64,000 nt of DNA, taken from contig NC_134026.1 in assembly GCF_964204645.1 (NCBI RefSeq), positions 29,236,150 through 29,300,149 on the forward strand, in the 5' to 3' direction. The translations under genes and the position numbers were made by a program. The number at the start of each line of letters is the position of its first letter. Position 1 is the first letter of the stretch. This document shows positions 1-12,806 of the stretch, piece by piece. Source of the stretch: Tubulanus polymorphus. Its lineage: Eukaryota > Animalia > Nemertea. A model generated the notes under the pieces. It worked only from the letters and a program-made list of their open reading frames with translations, ran no database searches and was not told the origin of the DNA.

Positions 1-94
1 CTGGCAACTTCTCTGGTTCGTACACCAACTCCTATATTCATGTAGTATTCACAGTGTAGGCTTACTCGTCACTATGTGTATTATTTCTATCCAG

Positions 95-753
95 TTATTG
101 GTCGCTCTTTCGTCGTTCATGCCGAAAATTCTGGAGGCCCAAGAATTGCTTGCGCTGATATCGTACCCGAGTCAACTCCGCAAAGGGATATGAATTTCCC
201 TTCGACATCCTTCACAAAGTGAGAGAATTTTTCGACGAAAAAATTTTTCGCAAATTTTTTTCCTAAAAAATCGTTGCTGTTGTTTACATAACGATATAAT
301 GATTTACAGGACTGAGTTACGGGATATGGTGGTGAAGATATTGGATATTGAGACATGGCAAGTGACTGTTTCATCTGAAAATTATGGAAAGATTTCTTCC
401 CAGTGTATGAAAGCAGTTATATATTTCCCTGGTATGCATGATGCATGTTTGTATTTTGTTACACATTATATTTGATCCGTTCATGTCATGTCTCTTTTCT
501 TTCCTCATTCTAGGAGCGCAAGGTGAAATGCTGTTGAGAAAATTTGATGAGACACCTGCCGAAAAGTTTGGCAAATTTCAACCCACAGCCATTTGCATAG
601 GTAATTTAAAATTCAATGATAAATAGCCTTTCCTGTGAAAAAGTCAATCAATGCTCACGTTAGCTCTATTGCTTTTTTCTAGGGATGAAATTCGATGCAT
701 CACTTGTGTTGTTGCTATTGGGAATCATAATTTCAAGAACATCTATCATGTGA
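95..753 (+). CDS. 3' end (last 4 exons) of a Cu/Zn-SOD-fold protein, probably a Cu-only SOD repeat protein (CSRP) with a C-terminal GPI-type signal; the 5' part lies outside the window
   Basis: Exons 95-218, 310-431, 514-600 and 683-753, all GT-AG and phase-consistent. Translation xIGRSFVVHAENSGGPRIACADI... matches the SOD C-terminal GRSxVxH...RxAC motif. It ends GMKFDASLVLLLLGIIISRTSIM*. AATAAA at 1500-1505. Confidence 0.8.
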
Positions 754-2275
754 ATCATGGATTCAGGACTTGAATGAATATCTATTTAATCCATATCAAA
801 TATCATTTGCAAGATATTATTTTTTACTGAAGGTGGATTGAACTGTGCTGAAGATTTGTCTAGAAATTTACAAATACATGACTTGAATAGGCATGATTTT
901 GTGATGTATATGATGCTCATAATAGTGTAGTGATGATTTACAGGTTTCCCTTGCTTGATTCGGGAACAATGGCTTTATACTAGGCCATGTATGTAATGTA
1001 TTTCATGGATTTATACGCTCATGATTAAGTTTGAGGCTGTAATTATTATGGCTTAAGAAAGAGTTGCTTTTGTATAGCTTTAAAAGATTATATTTTGTAT
1101 AATTCATATAATGCCAATATAGATTTATTAAGAGTGAAACATGTAATTGTAATTTGTCGTTTTTTCCCAATCATGTATGAAATTAATGTAGTTGTATGCT
1201 GTACTAGAACAATCTTAATAACACTCATTGAGAAATGTGAATCATTCCTTCAAAATATATTGTTATTAGTTGGGGGTTCTCTCCAACTTGGGTAAAAGCA
1301 CAGCTGAGATTTTGTTAATAATTAGCCATCTGTGATCTAATTTTTTACATGTGACTTGAAGGTTATAAAATGCTCAATTTTCGTAAAATGTTGGAACTAA
1401 ACAAATGCATATTTATATATGATTAATTCATATGCAATTTTAGATACTTAACTATTGTTTAGTGTAAGACCGCTGCAGCTACCATATATATCAATTCACA
1501 ATAAACTATATTTATACAGAATCATTGGTATTTTTTTTTACATTTGAAGGAGGAATATTATTAGAATTGAGAAACAAAAGAATGCAGGAGGAGGCCGAGA
1601 TAACATACTGTATGTGCCGACAGGAAGTCCCAGGATAGGTTCAAACCCTGTTTTAATAGCGTCACAACTATTTATTTTGAGTTGTATGTACAGCGAACTT
1701 GAACCTAGTCTGGTATACCCTGTTCCAGGTTTTACCCGATCTTAGTTCAGGCAGTGCATGAATTTGGTTGTAGCTAGTAGGGTCTCTGGTGGAATCTCTG
1801 TGAAACTGGCCGACCACCCTAAACGCACACCTCGTTTTGACGATGAAATACAGTCAATTCCATTTTAATAAAATATTATTAATGAGGACAGGGCAAGGCA
1901 CTGTTTGATAGTTATTATCTAAACTAATTGGCTTGCGACATTACATTAGTTCATAGAAATGTCAGAGGACCTTACAGTGCTGCTACCAAGCTCTAAATTC
2001 GGTAAAACTGTAAATGCTGAATCTTTAGGAAACAGACACGTCCTTATTCGAGCCTCAATAACATCAATGAAATAACTAAGTCAAATATTAAAGACGCAAA
2101 AGAAAACAGTTTATTATAACTATACAATATATAAGTTGCTAATAAAATCAGTTTATTTTATTACATTGCATTTTAGAAATTATACTAAAATAACTACAGT
2201 GTATCAATACTTTTCATTGGTTTGCTAGTTGTCCACAGGTTATCAATAAATATTCAACAGAACTAGAAAAATACA

Positions 2276-2395
2276 CAGTCAACTCTGGAACCTGGATAAT
2301 CGAGGGTAGTGATAATTGAACATCATTTCAATTGACAACGATTTAAATCTTTGTAATCAGGGATTAAAGAGATGGAAAACAGATGGTTAACTGTA
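2276..2395. mobile_element. degenerate Tc1/mariner (pogo/Tigger-like) MITE
   Basis: Ends CAGTCAACTC...GGTTAACTG(TA), resembling CAGTC/CAGTT TIRs. Confidence 0.35.
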
Positions 2396-3071
2396 TTTAG
2401 TTCATTCCTTATCACAACTACAGTACAAATGTGCCACCACAAATAAAAAAATTGACTTCTGAATTATGTTTCAGTTTAAAGCTCTCCATTACTCTGTGTA
2501 TGATTATCTTATACTTCGCTTTACAAACTGTCTCGATCACAATAAGTAGATAAAATATACCACATTTACTCTATAGAAACAGAATATGCGATTCATCTAA
2601 TACATGAATATGTATTACAGTAAAAATTCATGATATTTATGTATATAAAAGTATCACAGTTTGTATGTATTCACTTGACTTCGTTCTTGTACTCAAATGA
2701 ACAATGACTTTTATAATAGGTTAAAATGCTGAACTTAAAAACACGTGACATCGAAAATCTGATCTTCCATTACACATTTGAAATACTCGTTTAATTGGAT
2801 GTTTTACAAATATATAATTGATCTATCGTCAAAGAAAACAGGTTCTACCATACATTTTAAATTAAATGCCTCGCTAACATTGCAGCTGGAATTCTAATAC
2901 ATGTAAACCTCTGTTGCAATTGGCAACATAAAATGCAATAGAAATGACAGAACAAGCATTGAATATAAATCTAAATAAATAAATGAATACTTCCGGAACT
3001 GGATAGAAAATGCACCGGAAGAAAATGATTTCAATAGATGGGAGATCATTCGATAGTTTTGAGCCGAACAT

Positions 3072-4678
3072 TCAGAGATCTTTATCGATTTTTGTGACGA
3101 CAGGTTTTTCTTTTCGCGTGGCGTAAGGTGGAATCAACATCACTATGACGATAAAGCCCATGAACAGTGTAGCCATTATAAACGGGGTCAGAAATCCCCA
3201 CAAGGGCCACAATCCTAGTATCAGACTGAAAAGTGTAAATGATATATCAATTTTACAAAGTCAGTGATTGACTAAAAATCCTCAAAAGAAGGTTTATGTT
3301 TTATGCTTAATTTTTCAATGGTAATTGATGAAACACCTGTAAATGTTGCCAGGATAATACAAATCCCACAACATGAGTGAAAAATGAGTCTGAAAATATT
3401 ATTGTAATCACTTCCTAGTTTGCTCTGCATTTTGTATACAAATGTTTTACCCACAGAATGTATCACAATTTTTGTGTTCTATCTCATAATTTTGTTGTAA
3501 CTTATGGAGGTATTCTTGAAGTTGACTGTTTGGATGTAGTTAAAATCTTAACTTCAAGCTCAATGACACTTTTTAGACTCAATTTTCATTATTATTAGCA
3601 TCTTATATTTACCCCAGTAATCAGTAATTAAATGGTATTCTTTTTACTGGCAGGATAAATAAAAGTACTTTAAGCAAAACACGAAATACAGCAACTAATA
3701 CTTACAAAACTGATCCGAAACAAAAAGAAGCTGAAGCTATAGGGATAGCCATAGGGTGAAGTTGCTCCCAGTCATCGGTGCTGACTTTCTTTATAAATGT
3801 CAACCAGCCAATTAAAAATGTCGCGATACAAACATTTACAGCGATAAAAAATACTCCAACATTAAACCAGAATCTGAAATTGATTAAAAAAATCATCATA
3901 GGTGTCATTAAAACCTCCCGGTAAGATCCAATTACCCTGTCAAGACCACCTAAACCTAAGACCTCCTAAAATTAAGACCTACAACTCGATACAGTAAAAC
4001 CTGTGCAAGTTAGGTCGGTCTTAATGCGCAAAGTCTGCCAAATGATGAATTCTCGAATTTATCCATTCACCTGATTGATTTTGTCCCTAAACCAGATTTT
4101 GCAAGTCGGAAACCTATTTATGGGACAAATATTTCATCCCAAAAAGTCTGAGGTTTAAGGGGTCTTACCCGGTAGGTTAAATGAAAGCCAAATAATTTTT
4201 ATATGAAGATATGAAGTTTAGTGTTGATATTTAGTGATGATAACTTACCTATCAACACGCTCATCATACATAATTGCAGCATAGAAATCAGTCAAATAGA
4301 ATACAACAGCAGCTGAGACAAACCAACACATATTGGCAAATGAATAGGGCTTTTCTATTTGTTTTTCCGATTCCACAATATTTGCATCACCTCTGAATTT
4401 ATAAACTAGAAAATAAAAGGTTGAAAAAGTATTTCAATGAATAGATCGTTTTCGTTCGATAATTAGTACGAGCGAACCCGGAAATAACAAGTTTATCGCA
4501 GTTTATTTTGATGAATAAGTCATCGAAAAGACCGAATTTAAAACTAAAAGTGATTACCATTCTGATTGAATTGATCTAGCACATCTTCAGATCCGATTTG
4601 ATTGTTAGATTCTTTCGTCCTTTGACGCAGGTTGTCAGTTTTATTTGCGAAGTCGTTTTCATTCCGGACGGCAGCCAT
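3072..4678 (-). CDS. TMEM128: Transmembrane protein 128, 4 exons, 199 aa
   Basis: Exons 4678-4558, 4405-4249, 3873-3706 and 3225-3072 (600 nt, in frame). Segments WFVSAAVVFYLTDF, HPMAIPIASASF and LWPLWGFLTPFIMATLFMGFIVIVMLI match the TMEM128 pattern (human YPALIPITTASF, LWHVWSFFTPLLLFTQFMG). Confidence 0.85.
3914..4176. mobile_element. piggyBac-like MITE in TMEM128 intron 2
   Basis: Imperfect TIRs CCTCCCGGTAAGATCC / GGGTCTTACCCGGTAGG, with TTAA near the left end and adjoining the right end. Confidence 0.45.
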
Positions 4679-4810
4679 CGTAACGTCCTTGACCTTACTG
4701 TTGTGAACTATTTCCGGTCAATTGTCTCTGACAATTTTGTTAAGACAGAGGGGTCAGTTGTCTTAACACCTACAGGTCACCCGACGACAGATTCAGGAAT
4801 TTGTAAGTTT
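4679..4810. promoter_or_regulatory. putative bidirectional promoter TMEM128/SFXN and non-coding first exon of the sideroflexin gene
   Basis: TMEM128 ATG at 4678(-). A plus-strand donor TT|GTAAGT is at 4803, with an acceptor TTCTATTAAAG| at 5175 just before the SFXN ATG. ETS-like TTCCGG at about 4712. Confidence 0.5.
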
Positions 4811-5180
4811 TAGATCAATACATTTTATCAACTGATCAACCTCACTGAATATGTCTTCGATTAAAAAGTAGAACCGCCTCAAATTTCAAAAAACGTCAGC
4901 CTCTTTTTTACACTTTCTTATAAGCGGCTGCTTGCCCTGCTGTATATATAGACTGTACTGTGGTGTATCTGTATTTGTAAGAGTTTATTCCATTCATTGA
5001 TGTTACCACTTCTGGCATAACTGTCAACGGTGGAGAGAGGGCGAAAAGTGAAAAACAATTAGCCCTACACAGACACGTCAGTCAGACATGACAGATCCCG
5101 ACAGACAATAAAACTTACTAAATAAGATATAATCTTAAAGCTCCTTATAATATATTAGCGTTTATTCTATTAAAGGCATA

Positions 5181-7381
5181 ATGGAATTACCGGACGCAGA
5201 CAGCTCACAGCAAAGAATTAACCTCGATGAACCGAGATACGATCAGGGAACGTTTACCGGACGCGCTAAACATTTCCTAATTACGACGAATCCGTTAAAT
5301 TTGTTCGCCAGTTCTCAGCAGTTAGACGAGGCTAAACAACTCGTGCACGCCTACAGAAAGGGACAGGAACCGCCGGACGTAACTGACGATGAAATCTGGA
5401 GAGCGAAACATTTATACGACTCGGCATTTCACCCGGACACTGGTGAAAAAATGATGCTCATCGGAAGAATGTCGGCTCAAGTGCCGATGAATATGTCAAT
5501 TACTGGTTGTATGTTAACATTCTACAAGTAAGAGTTTAATCAATCAAATATTGTAGCTGACGGTCCAGTTTCACGAGTGAGTTAAACTCTTAAATCGATT
5601 TAGGAGTTTTTGTGAAACTGGACTCGGGATAAAGAATGCACAAATAAACATATGTTTACATATATACTTCAGAACTTCAGGTCAAACGATATTCTGGCAG
5701 TGGATTAATCAAACGTTCAATGCAGTGGTTAATTACACAAACAGAAGTGGAGATCACCCGATTCCTGTCAGGTAAATCATGATTAGTCTAAATTGAGCAT
5801 TCTTTCAACAACTCCGCAAAAATGAATTGAATTTGATGAAGCAATTAATCAAATTTCACAACATTCTCCATCCTCTATTTTGTTTCAGTCAGCTTGGTTT
5901 ATCATATGTACTTGCTACTGGTGGTGCGGTTGGAACTGCTTTAGGTATTAATAAATTAGTACATGTAAGTTTTCAATTTCTGCCGATGACAGCATTTCTT
6001 ACCTATCCGATGATATCATATTTTCAATGATTTTCTATTTATATATCATTTATAGCGATTTCCACCAATCGTTGCACGGTTCGTTCCATTCGTAGCAGTA
6101 GCTGCTGCTAATTGTATCAATATACCCTGTATGAGAAGTCGGTAAGTGTCAAACTAAATCTTTCAATCTAACACAGGGGCGGATCGTGGAAAATTGGATG
6201 GCGGGGTCCAGAATAAAAGGTATTTCTCTGATAAAGCAGCAATGTCAAAGGCCACTTGCAGGGTCCCACCCTCAGTATTAAGATGGTTCTTAAGGAATAG
6301 TTCCTCGGCTGGGGGAGGGGGGAATTTGCAAATTCCCCCCTCCCCCAGTCGAGACCACCCTCTAAATCCACCTCTGCTAATAGTCTTCGATCTTAAGTGT
6401 GGTCCACATAATCTTGTGATTATGTGAATTTTAAGTAAACATGAAGACTTAAGTTTTATTAGAAATACAAGCTTTACTAGTTGCTCTCATGCTAGTTAAC
6501 TATCATGCACTAAAAAGCTCTTATTTCTAATAAGATCAAGTTAGCCTACTACCAGGTTTTCATGTTTACTGATTTGACACCTGGTGACACGGTTCCTCTA
6601 GAACTCCTCTCATTTATTACTTTTAGGGAATTGTCAGTAGGAATTCCGGTATTTGATGAATATGGAAAGAGAATTGGAGAATCTGTAACCGCTGCACGTA
6701 AAGCTATATCACAAGTAGTAGTATCACGGGTTTCAATGGCAGCACCTGGCATGTGTGAGTATCTGATTTGCAGAATAGATAAATTTGTATCGCGTTCAGC
6801 AGGGAATAATTGTTTTTAATCAATTTCTGTTCTAGTACTTACCGCTGTTATAATGGATAGATTGGAAAAAAGAAGTTTCATTAGGGTAAAGTCTAGTCTC
6901 AATTATATTAACACCTAGTATATTTCATCATTTCCGTGGTTCGTCACACACACTACGGATCTCCAGTTATATTTACAAACACTTATTTTCATGGATTTAT
7001 GTATATAAAATTTTCTATTTTCAGAAATATCCTATTATGAATCCTATATGTCAAGTTGGTTTAGTTGGAATTTTGTAAGTTTCTTTGAAATCTGCTGTTT
7101 TTTAGTGACAGAGAATAGTTGGTATAACGATATTGAATATTGTATTTTGCAGCCTGGTATTTGCGACACCTCTCTGCTGTGCTTTGTTTCCACAGAAAAG
7201 GTTTGTAATATTCAGGATTTAAAGAATTTAATTCAAAATTACATGCGATTCATTAATACATTTGTTTTTTTTTTGCTATTTCAGTTCAATATCTGTGCCT
7301 AAACTGGAACCAGAATTACAAGAAATAGCTCAAAAATTTCGCCATCCTCCAACTACTGTGTACTTCAACAAAGGACTTTAA
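5181..7381 (+). CDS. SFXN1: Sideroflexin (SFXN1/3 type) mitochondrial serine carrier, 9 coding exons, 326 aa
   Basis: Exons 5181-5527, 5673-5771, 5889-5964, 6056-6141, 6627-6754, 6836-6885, 7025-7074, 7153-7200 and 7285-7381 (981 nt). Hallmarks: [66 protein letters not shown] and the C-terminal VYFNKGL*. AATAAA at 7459 and 7931. Confidence 0.95.
5562..5624. mobile_element. tiny palindromic MITE (Harbinger-like TIR) in SFXN intron
   Basis: GTCCAGTTTCAC...GTGAAACTGGAC arms enclose the near-palindrome AAACTCTTAAATCGATTTAGGAGTTT. Confidence 0.55.
6174..6376. mobile_element. ~200-bp MITE with CAGGGGCGGAT-type TIRs and a 6-bp TSD
   Basis: Starts CAGGGGCGGATC, ends AATCCACCTCTG, flanked by CTAACA / CTAATA. 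It is a GC-rich island in an AT-rich intron. Confidence 0.65.
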
Positions 7382-8199
7382 CATAGGCAACATCTGTTTA
7401 ATTATGCACTAGGCTCTTACAAAGGTTTTAACTCGAGTTGCTGAACTAAGAAAATGTTAATAAAAGTAATAGGTGCACTAAGAATAATCAGTATTATATG
7501 TATGACCATAATGCACTTTATCTGCGAGTTAATTGTGTGTTCTTAGAAAATGATTAATATTTTGTAAATCAAGTGTCCTTGAGCATAAAGAAAATCATGT
7601 TCTACTGACCATTCGCATGAAGTGCTTCTCATGTTTGCAAATTATTAATTACTTTCTGAAATTTTTCCCTGTTTGATTTTAAGTGTAGGTTACTGATATA
7701 CTTTTGTGCAATTAGTAAAGATTATTGATATTTTTGGGACTAGAGTAAATCATGTTCGAAATGAAAGTGCATCCTATATACAAAATTTCATCTTAGTAAA
7801 GAGAATACGGTTTCTGGTGAGATCTCCATTTTCTTCCTCAGTTTTATGAGATTTATCCGTGAAAACTTATGCATATGTTTTATGGTGTTTTAATAGCTTT
7901 AACAATTATATTACGTATGTTAATGGTGTGAATAAATAAATGAATTGAATATTACATTTCATCTCTTTCGTTCTTATGCTTTAACAGTTATCTCAGAATA
8001 TGGAAATAGCTTCATATCATCGGGCAGTAAATTCTGATAAAGGAGTTCTAGGGCCAGACATCACGGACCTGTTTCATAGACATAGACTAATTCGGTGCTT
8101 GCAATGAGGGTTATTCAGGGTATCAAAAATGTTCCCAGGAATAAGTGATTTGACGCTAGGAACATCGTCTTTCTTTGTCTATGGCCTCCCATGTCGATC

Positions 8200-8520
8200 A
8201 TCCCCTCCGGTGTAGCGATACCATCAGGTTCGAATCCCAGCCGAGGGGATGCATGTGGATCAATCGAAAATCTGAGAATGATTAGATTTGTGGATAGTAC
8301 AGTAGACTCTGCTCCGATATTTTTGGACAGTGGATAATAGTAGGATTTTCTACCTTATAATAGGGATTGATCCTGTTATTCATTTAATTGGTATAGATTT
8401 AGTGTGATTTATACTTTGATTTTGTGTCTCTTACAAACCCACCACACACCTGCCGGGAGCGAAACAGGGGTTAGTGTCACAACATCTAATGGTTATCCGA
8501 GTTGATCGCATCCGTTTTGA
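8200..8520 (+). mobile_element. tRNA-derived SINE-like relic
   Basis: Acceptor-like stem TCCCCTC...GAGGGGA, A-box-like GGTGTAGCG and B-box GGTTCGAATCCC (8227-8238). No anticodon arm; 3' boundary uncertain. Confidence 0.5.
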
Positions 8521-9013
8521 ACGGAGTTTAGAGTGCTTTCTCACAATATCATGTTTGACTAAAGGAAATCTTTGATGAACATATTTATTACAGAATATCT
8601 ATAGCAAAGCAATTTTTCACATCAAATTGCAACTGCACGAATTTCAATTGGCATTCGTTCAATATTTACCTGTCAATTCAAGGGGTTACATCTGGTAGAA
8701 TCGTGACAGTTAACAAATCGATTTTTCATCAGTATGTTTTAAGTGTTGTGAAAATATTACTGACAGTGCCAATCTATTGTATTTACGAATATAATTACCA
8801 CCAAACGAATATGTATTGGTTGCTTATTTTACCGCCCATTCAATAGCAGAATTTAATTTGATTTTTATTCGCGGAAAAATCAGCGAATCAAAGTGGTCCA
8901 ATTAGGATTTGAGGCTACTTTGATTCCATGTCGAAATAAGTTCATTCCTGTTGCGGCGTTCTCGTCATACGGAATTCATCCAAGTCTTTGTCGAGCTGAA
9001 GAATTAACTCATC

Positions 9014-10670
9014 ATGAACATCAGTGGAGTGATTTACATTTTCGGTACGTACTAGTTGTTTGAAAATACGATGTTAAAATCCGTTGAAATAAACCCGAGA
9101 AACAAGAAACTGAGAAAAATCCCCCGGACATACAATTGCTATGCTTTCAAAGCTAAAATTTGAAAAATTCGAACCTACATATACACGCATGGGTAATTCA
9201 TAAAACCTGAAATGATTTCTAAAGTTTCAAATAAAACCTCTGTTGACTAACATCCATCGGGTAATAAATTGATGCATTAATACATTAAGGTGTTGATTAT
9301 TATTATTGTTATTATCAAATCATTAGCTGTCTTGTACTTGATTGTTGATTGTACTCATTTGCCTTTATAAAGCCGACTTAAAGTTTGAACTCTGAAATTG
9401 TTCCACTGTATCCGTGGACTAACATCAATTTTTTTTTATCACAATAGTGTCAAGTTCTCCGCAAATCTGCTTTGCTGGCCCGTACTTGAAGAGATATCAA
9501 ACAAGTTTAAGATCTCTGATTGAAACGGCAATATATAAAAATGCGTACTGGGGTTTAGAAAACTTACGATGCCATTCCTAGCGTTTTCTTTTAGAATCCA
9601 ATTTCGAATCATTCCCTCCATCTGCAGAAGGTTGTTATTCCGCATTTTTATAACACATCCAGGGGAATCTTTCAAAATTTTGAGTGCTCTTAAATTGGGG
9701 CATTTTCACTGCGGAAAAGTCCCTAATATAGGCGCCTTTTTGGACATCAATGTGCCAGTTTTGGATGGGACAAGTTAAAAATTGGCCCCCTGGAACTATA
9801 TACGCCCTGGCAACTTGGTTACATATGATTAAACTATGCATTTCATCATGATGAGAAATACCGATCGTTCACTCAGAAATCAGTTGATAGTTTCAGTCAT
9901 ATCAAAGTTGGGGTTATTCTATTTTAAAGGTATACTATCCTGCGCGGTCTTGCAGATTTACGGTTCCGATATCAAGGCCGAAATCTGCGCTATGTTCGCG
10001 AACGAACGACCGGCTTGTCAAGAGTATGCCCAAAAAGGGATAGATTACTTCAGCGCTGATGATGGCCCATGTGCAAACTTGAATGGAGAAGGTAGAGGCA
10101 GTTGTATATATGGAGTGCAGTCTCTCTATTTTCCATGCACAATTTTTCGAATTGAACCATTTACCGGAGAACCACTTCGTAAATGTATCGATGTCATTAA
10201 TAAAGTCGATGACCAGTGCCGCTGGGATAGCTGCTTCTCGTGCAGTATTTTCGTGAATTATATGAATGAGGAAAAGGGTGGCATCTTGGATAATGGAATT
10301 CACGTCCACTCGTGCGAATGTTTCAGAGAATTGCCGTGTATATTCGAGTGTTTTGGGGATGATTTGAAAGATTTTGCAGGTAAGATATGAAAACACTTGA
10401 TAGAATAATTGACTATGTAAGATCTTTCGACGAATATGTAAACAAATGTTCTATACCTCTGTATAAGGCATTGGATTTGGAGCAGATGAAAAATTCAACG
10501 AAAAATTTACGAAGGTGAAAGGTGTCATGCAGAATGGTAACTACGTACTTGATAACGAACCGGTAACATGCGCTGATCAATACGCGGAAGGTTATGATAA
10601 AACTGACCAGGAAACGAAGCTAGATTCATTTATGGACGGCTTCAAAGAATGGCTCGAAGCAAAAAAATAG
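9014..10670 (+). CDS. Unrecognised secreted cysteine-rich protein, copy A (3 exons, 227 aa, 14 Cys in the mature chain)
   Basis: Exons 9014-9044 (G|GTACGT), 9930-10379 (TTCTATTTTAAAG|, CAG|GTAAGA) and 10468-10670, 684 nt in frame. N-terminus MNISGVIYIFGILSCAVLQIYG|SDIK looks like a signal peptide. The same splice sites are conserved in copy B. Confidence 0.8.
9659..9793. mobile_element. small MITE in intron 1 of copy A, absent from copy B
   Basis: CCAGGGG...CCCCTGG terminal inverted repeats with internal AAAATTT arms. Confidence 0.5.
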
Positions 10671-11269
10671 ATTATTCAATAATTTATTATGTAGACGATA
10701 CATTTAAAAATTGCATTCCTGAATTAAAACAACAACAACATATTCATTTATTGGAGCTAGAATATAATTAAAGTATCGTCACTACCTGAAGTCATTCATC
10801 GTTTGTCTAATGCGTCGTTTAATCCCCAATTCATTGATGCGGATTAGTGGATTTTCATGGTTAAGGTAAGCTGAGGTCCTGATTATCCATAGCTCGGTCA
10901 AGATATTCGACAATACGACCTTATCCTACTTTGGAGAGTTGTTTTTTTTACAGTTTATTTCTACTTAGAAAAACCCTTATTTTCATATACAAAATAATAC
11001 CAGTATAGGATTTGACAGACCAATGAAGACGGGCAACTTGCAAAGCAATGTGCGATGTTGCGACCGTGGCAAAGAGGTCGGTCTGAGTCTATTAGCAGCG
11101 CCTATGTTCTTGGGAGAGGGAGAGACGTTCGCGCCACTGAACATTGTGGCACGCACAATTAGAAAATTACTGGTTTTCTAGAAAATATTCAAGTTATTTC
11201 GGGAAATAAGCTCCGTTTTTCATTTTTAATCAGTTGCCTTCACTAAACCAAGGGGCTGCGCCATACTCG

Positions 11270-12310
11270 TTGTTAGCGGATTATTCATGCACTATTGAAC
11301 CGACTCGGGGAACACGTGCTGCCTCAAAAAGTGCTGCCCGTTGATTGCCATTCGGTTCTTCGATATTACGTAATGTATGACAGGTTGAAAACCTCAGTCC
11401 TTACCACGCTTACTTTAAAGCTACGAAACATGGACCGCGTACCGAAGGCACGAGCGGCAGAGCAACCACTTCCAAATGGCTCCGAGACCTCCTTCACATT
11501 CGCTGGCAGGACAAAGTCCGCAATGTTGAGGTTCTTAAGCAGGCTGGTACCCCAGCGCAATCACACTCATGCGCAAGGCTCCTAGATGAGATGGTCAGGC
11601 CCCCGGCGCATGTTAGACGATCGCATACCGAAATAGCTGGGGAGGGGGGGGGTCAGAGGCGGAACTATTATGCCATACTTTGCACCGTATCCGCCCAGCG
11701 CAGAAGGCAACCCATTTCGGAATCCAATTATCATTCCTTGAATGTTCTTGATATAGTCTTAATTTTTGAATTTCGAAGCTTGAGAGTCCGGGCGTTTTCT
11801 GAACTTTTTAAGGCAAAATATTGATGAAATTTCTGGATGTGAAAAAAAAACAAAATTTGGAATGAAAAAATCCAGAACTTGGATTTTGAAATGGGGGTCG
11901 TCTGCACCCTTTCCCCCTAGTGGCACCTATGCTTTACAAGGAAATCTCAAGGTAAGCGTAAAGCTATAGGAGAAAAGAAGCGCCTCAAGGACAGCCTGAA
12001 GGTCTCATTTAAAGCCTTTACTATTGATACAGGGTAATAGTATTGAGAAACTCGCCGCCGACCGCCCCTCCTGGCGCAGTGCCGTCACCAAAGAAACCCG
12101 AAGAGCAGAGGAGCGCCGGTCCCAACATGCTGAGCTCGAAATGGCCATAATCTGCCGTACCTGTGGAAGAGGCTTTCTTGCCGGCGGATTGGTATCGTGG
12201 CCAGTCACCTCCGGACTCACCGTAGCAGTACACAGTCCGATCAGGGAAGTGATCCGAGTTCCCTGGTCCGATCGATGCCATGGTCATCTTCGCCACCGAA
12301 GGACGACACT
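11270..12310 (+). mobile_element. decayed, 5'-truncated RTE-clade LINE (3' part of ORF plus 3'UTR)
   Basis: Frameshifted fragments LNRLGEHVLP, ETWTAYRRH, IRWQDKVRNVEVLKQAG, DDRIPK, KKRLKDSLK, LAADRPSWRSAV and a CRTCGRGF...SHLRTH zinc finger. RTE-like tail CATGGTCATCTTCG...CGAAGGACGA. Confidence 0.85.
11639..11931. mobile_element. MITE-like insertion nested in the RTE relic
   Basis: Interrupts the RTE frame between DDRIPK*L and LYKEIS. G-run at the left end; CCCCCTAGTGGCACCTATG at the right end. Confidence 0.55.
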
Positions 12311-12806
12311 TATCACAAAATATTTTATCGGATCCGACTTGAACGGAGTCTACTGTAGCATTTTCCCCAGGAGTTTGACTATAGGAAATCTTCGATATAA
12401 GCAGATTCACTCCAAAATAACCGTAGCAACTGTGTATCATTCTTTATTGACGTTTTCGTGCTAATAGAAATTGACAATTCAGTGGTACATCTGGAAGAAT
12501 GGTGGCAGAAAACGAATCGATTTTTCATCAGTATTTTTTGAGTTTTGTAAAAATATTACTGACATCAATCTATTGTACGTATCTGCATATATCATCAAAC
12601 GAATATATACTTATTGGTTGCTCATTTTATCGCCCATTAAAAAGAATGAACTTAATTCGATTCTCATTCGCGTTCAAATTCAGCGAATCAAAGTGGTCCA
12701 TTTTCGACTTTTTTCAAAATAACTTCATTCCCCTGAATCGTGGCGTTCGCATCGGACGGAATTCATTTTCAAATCTTTGTCCAGCAGAAGAATTACGTAG
12801 CTCATC

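Noticed and set aside
9836-10390. Single-exon 184-aa ORF as the gene model
   Set aside because: Its start lies in intron 1 and its stop in intron 2. The spliced model gives a signal peptide and splice sites conserved in both copies.
9935-10396. 153-aa antisense ORF
   Set aside because: Shadow of copy A exon 2; not kept at this length in copy B.
12021-12464. 139-146-aa ORFs on both strands
   Set aside because: Pieces of the decayed RTE element.
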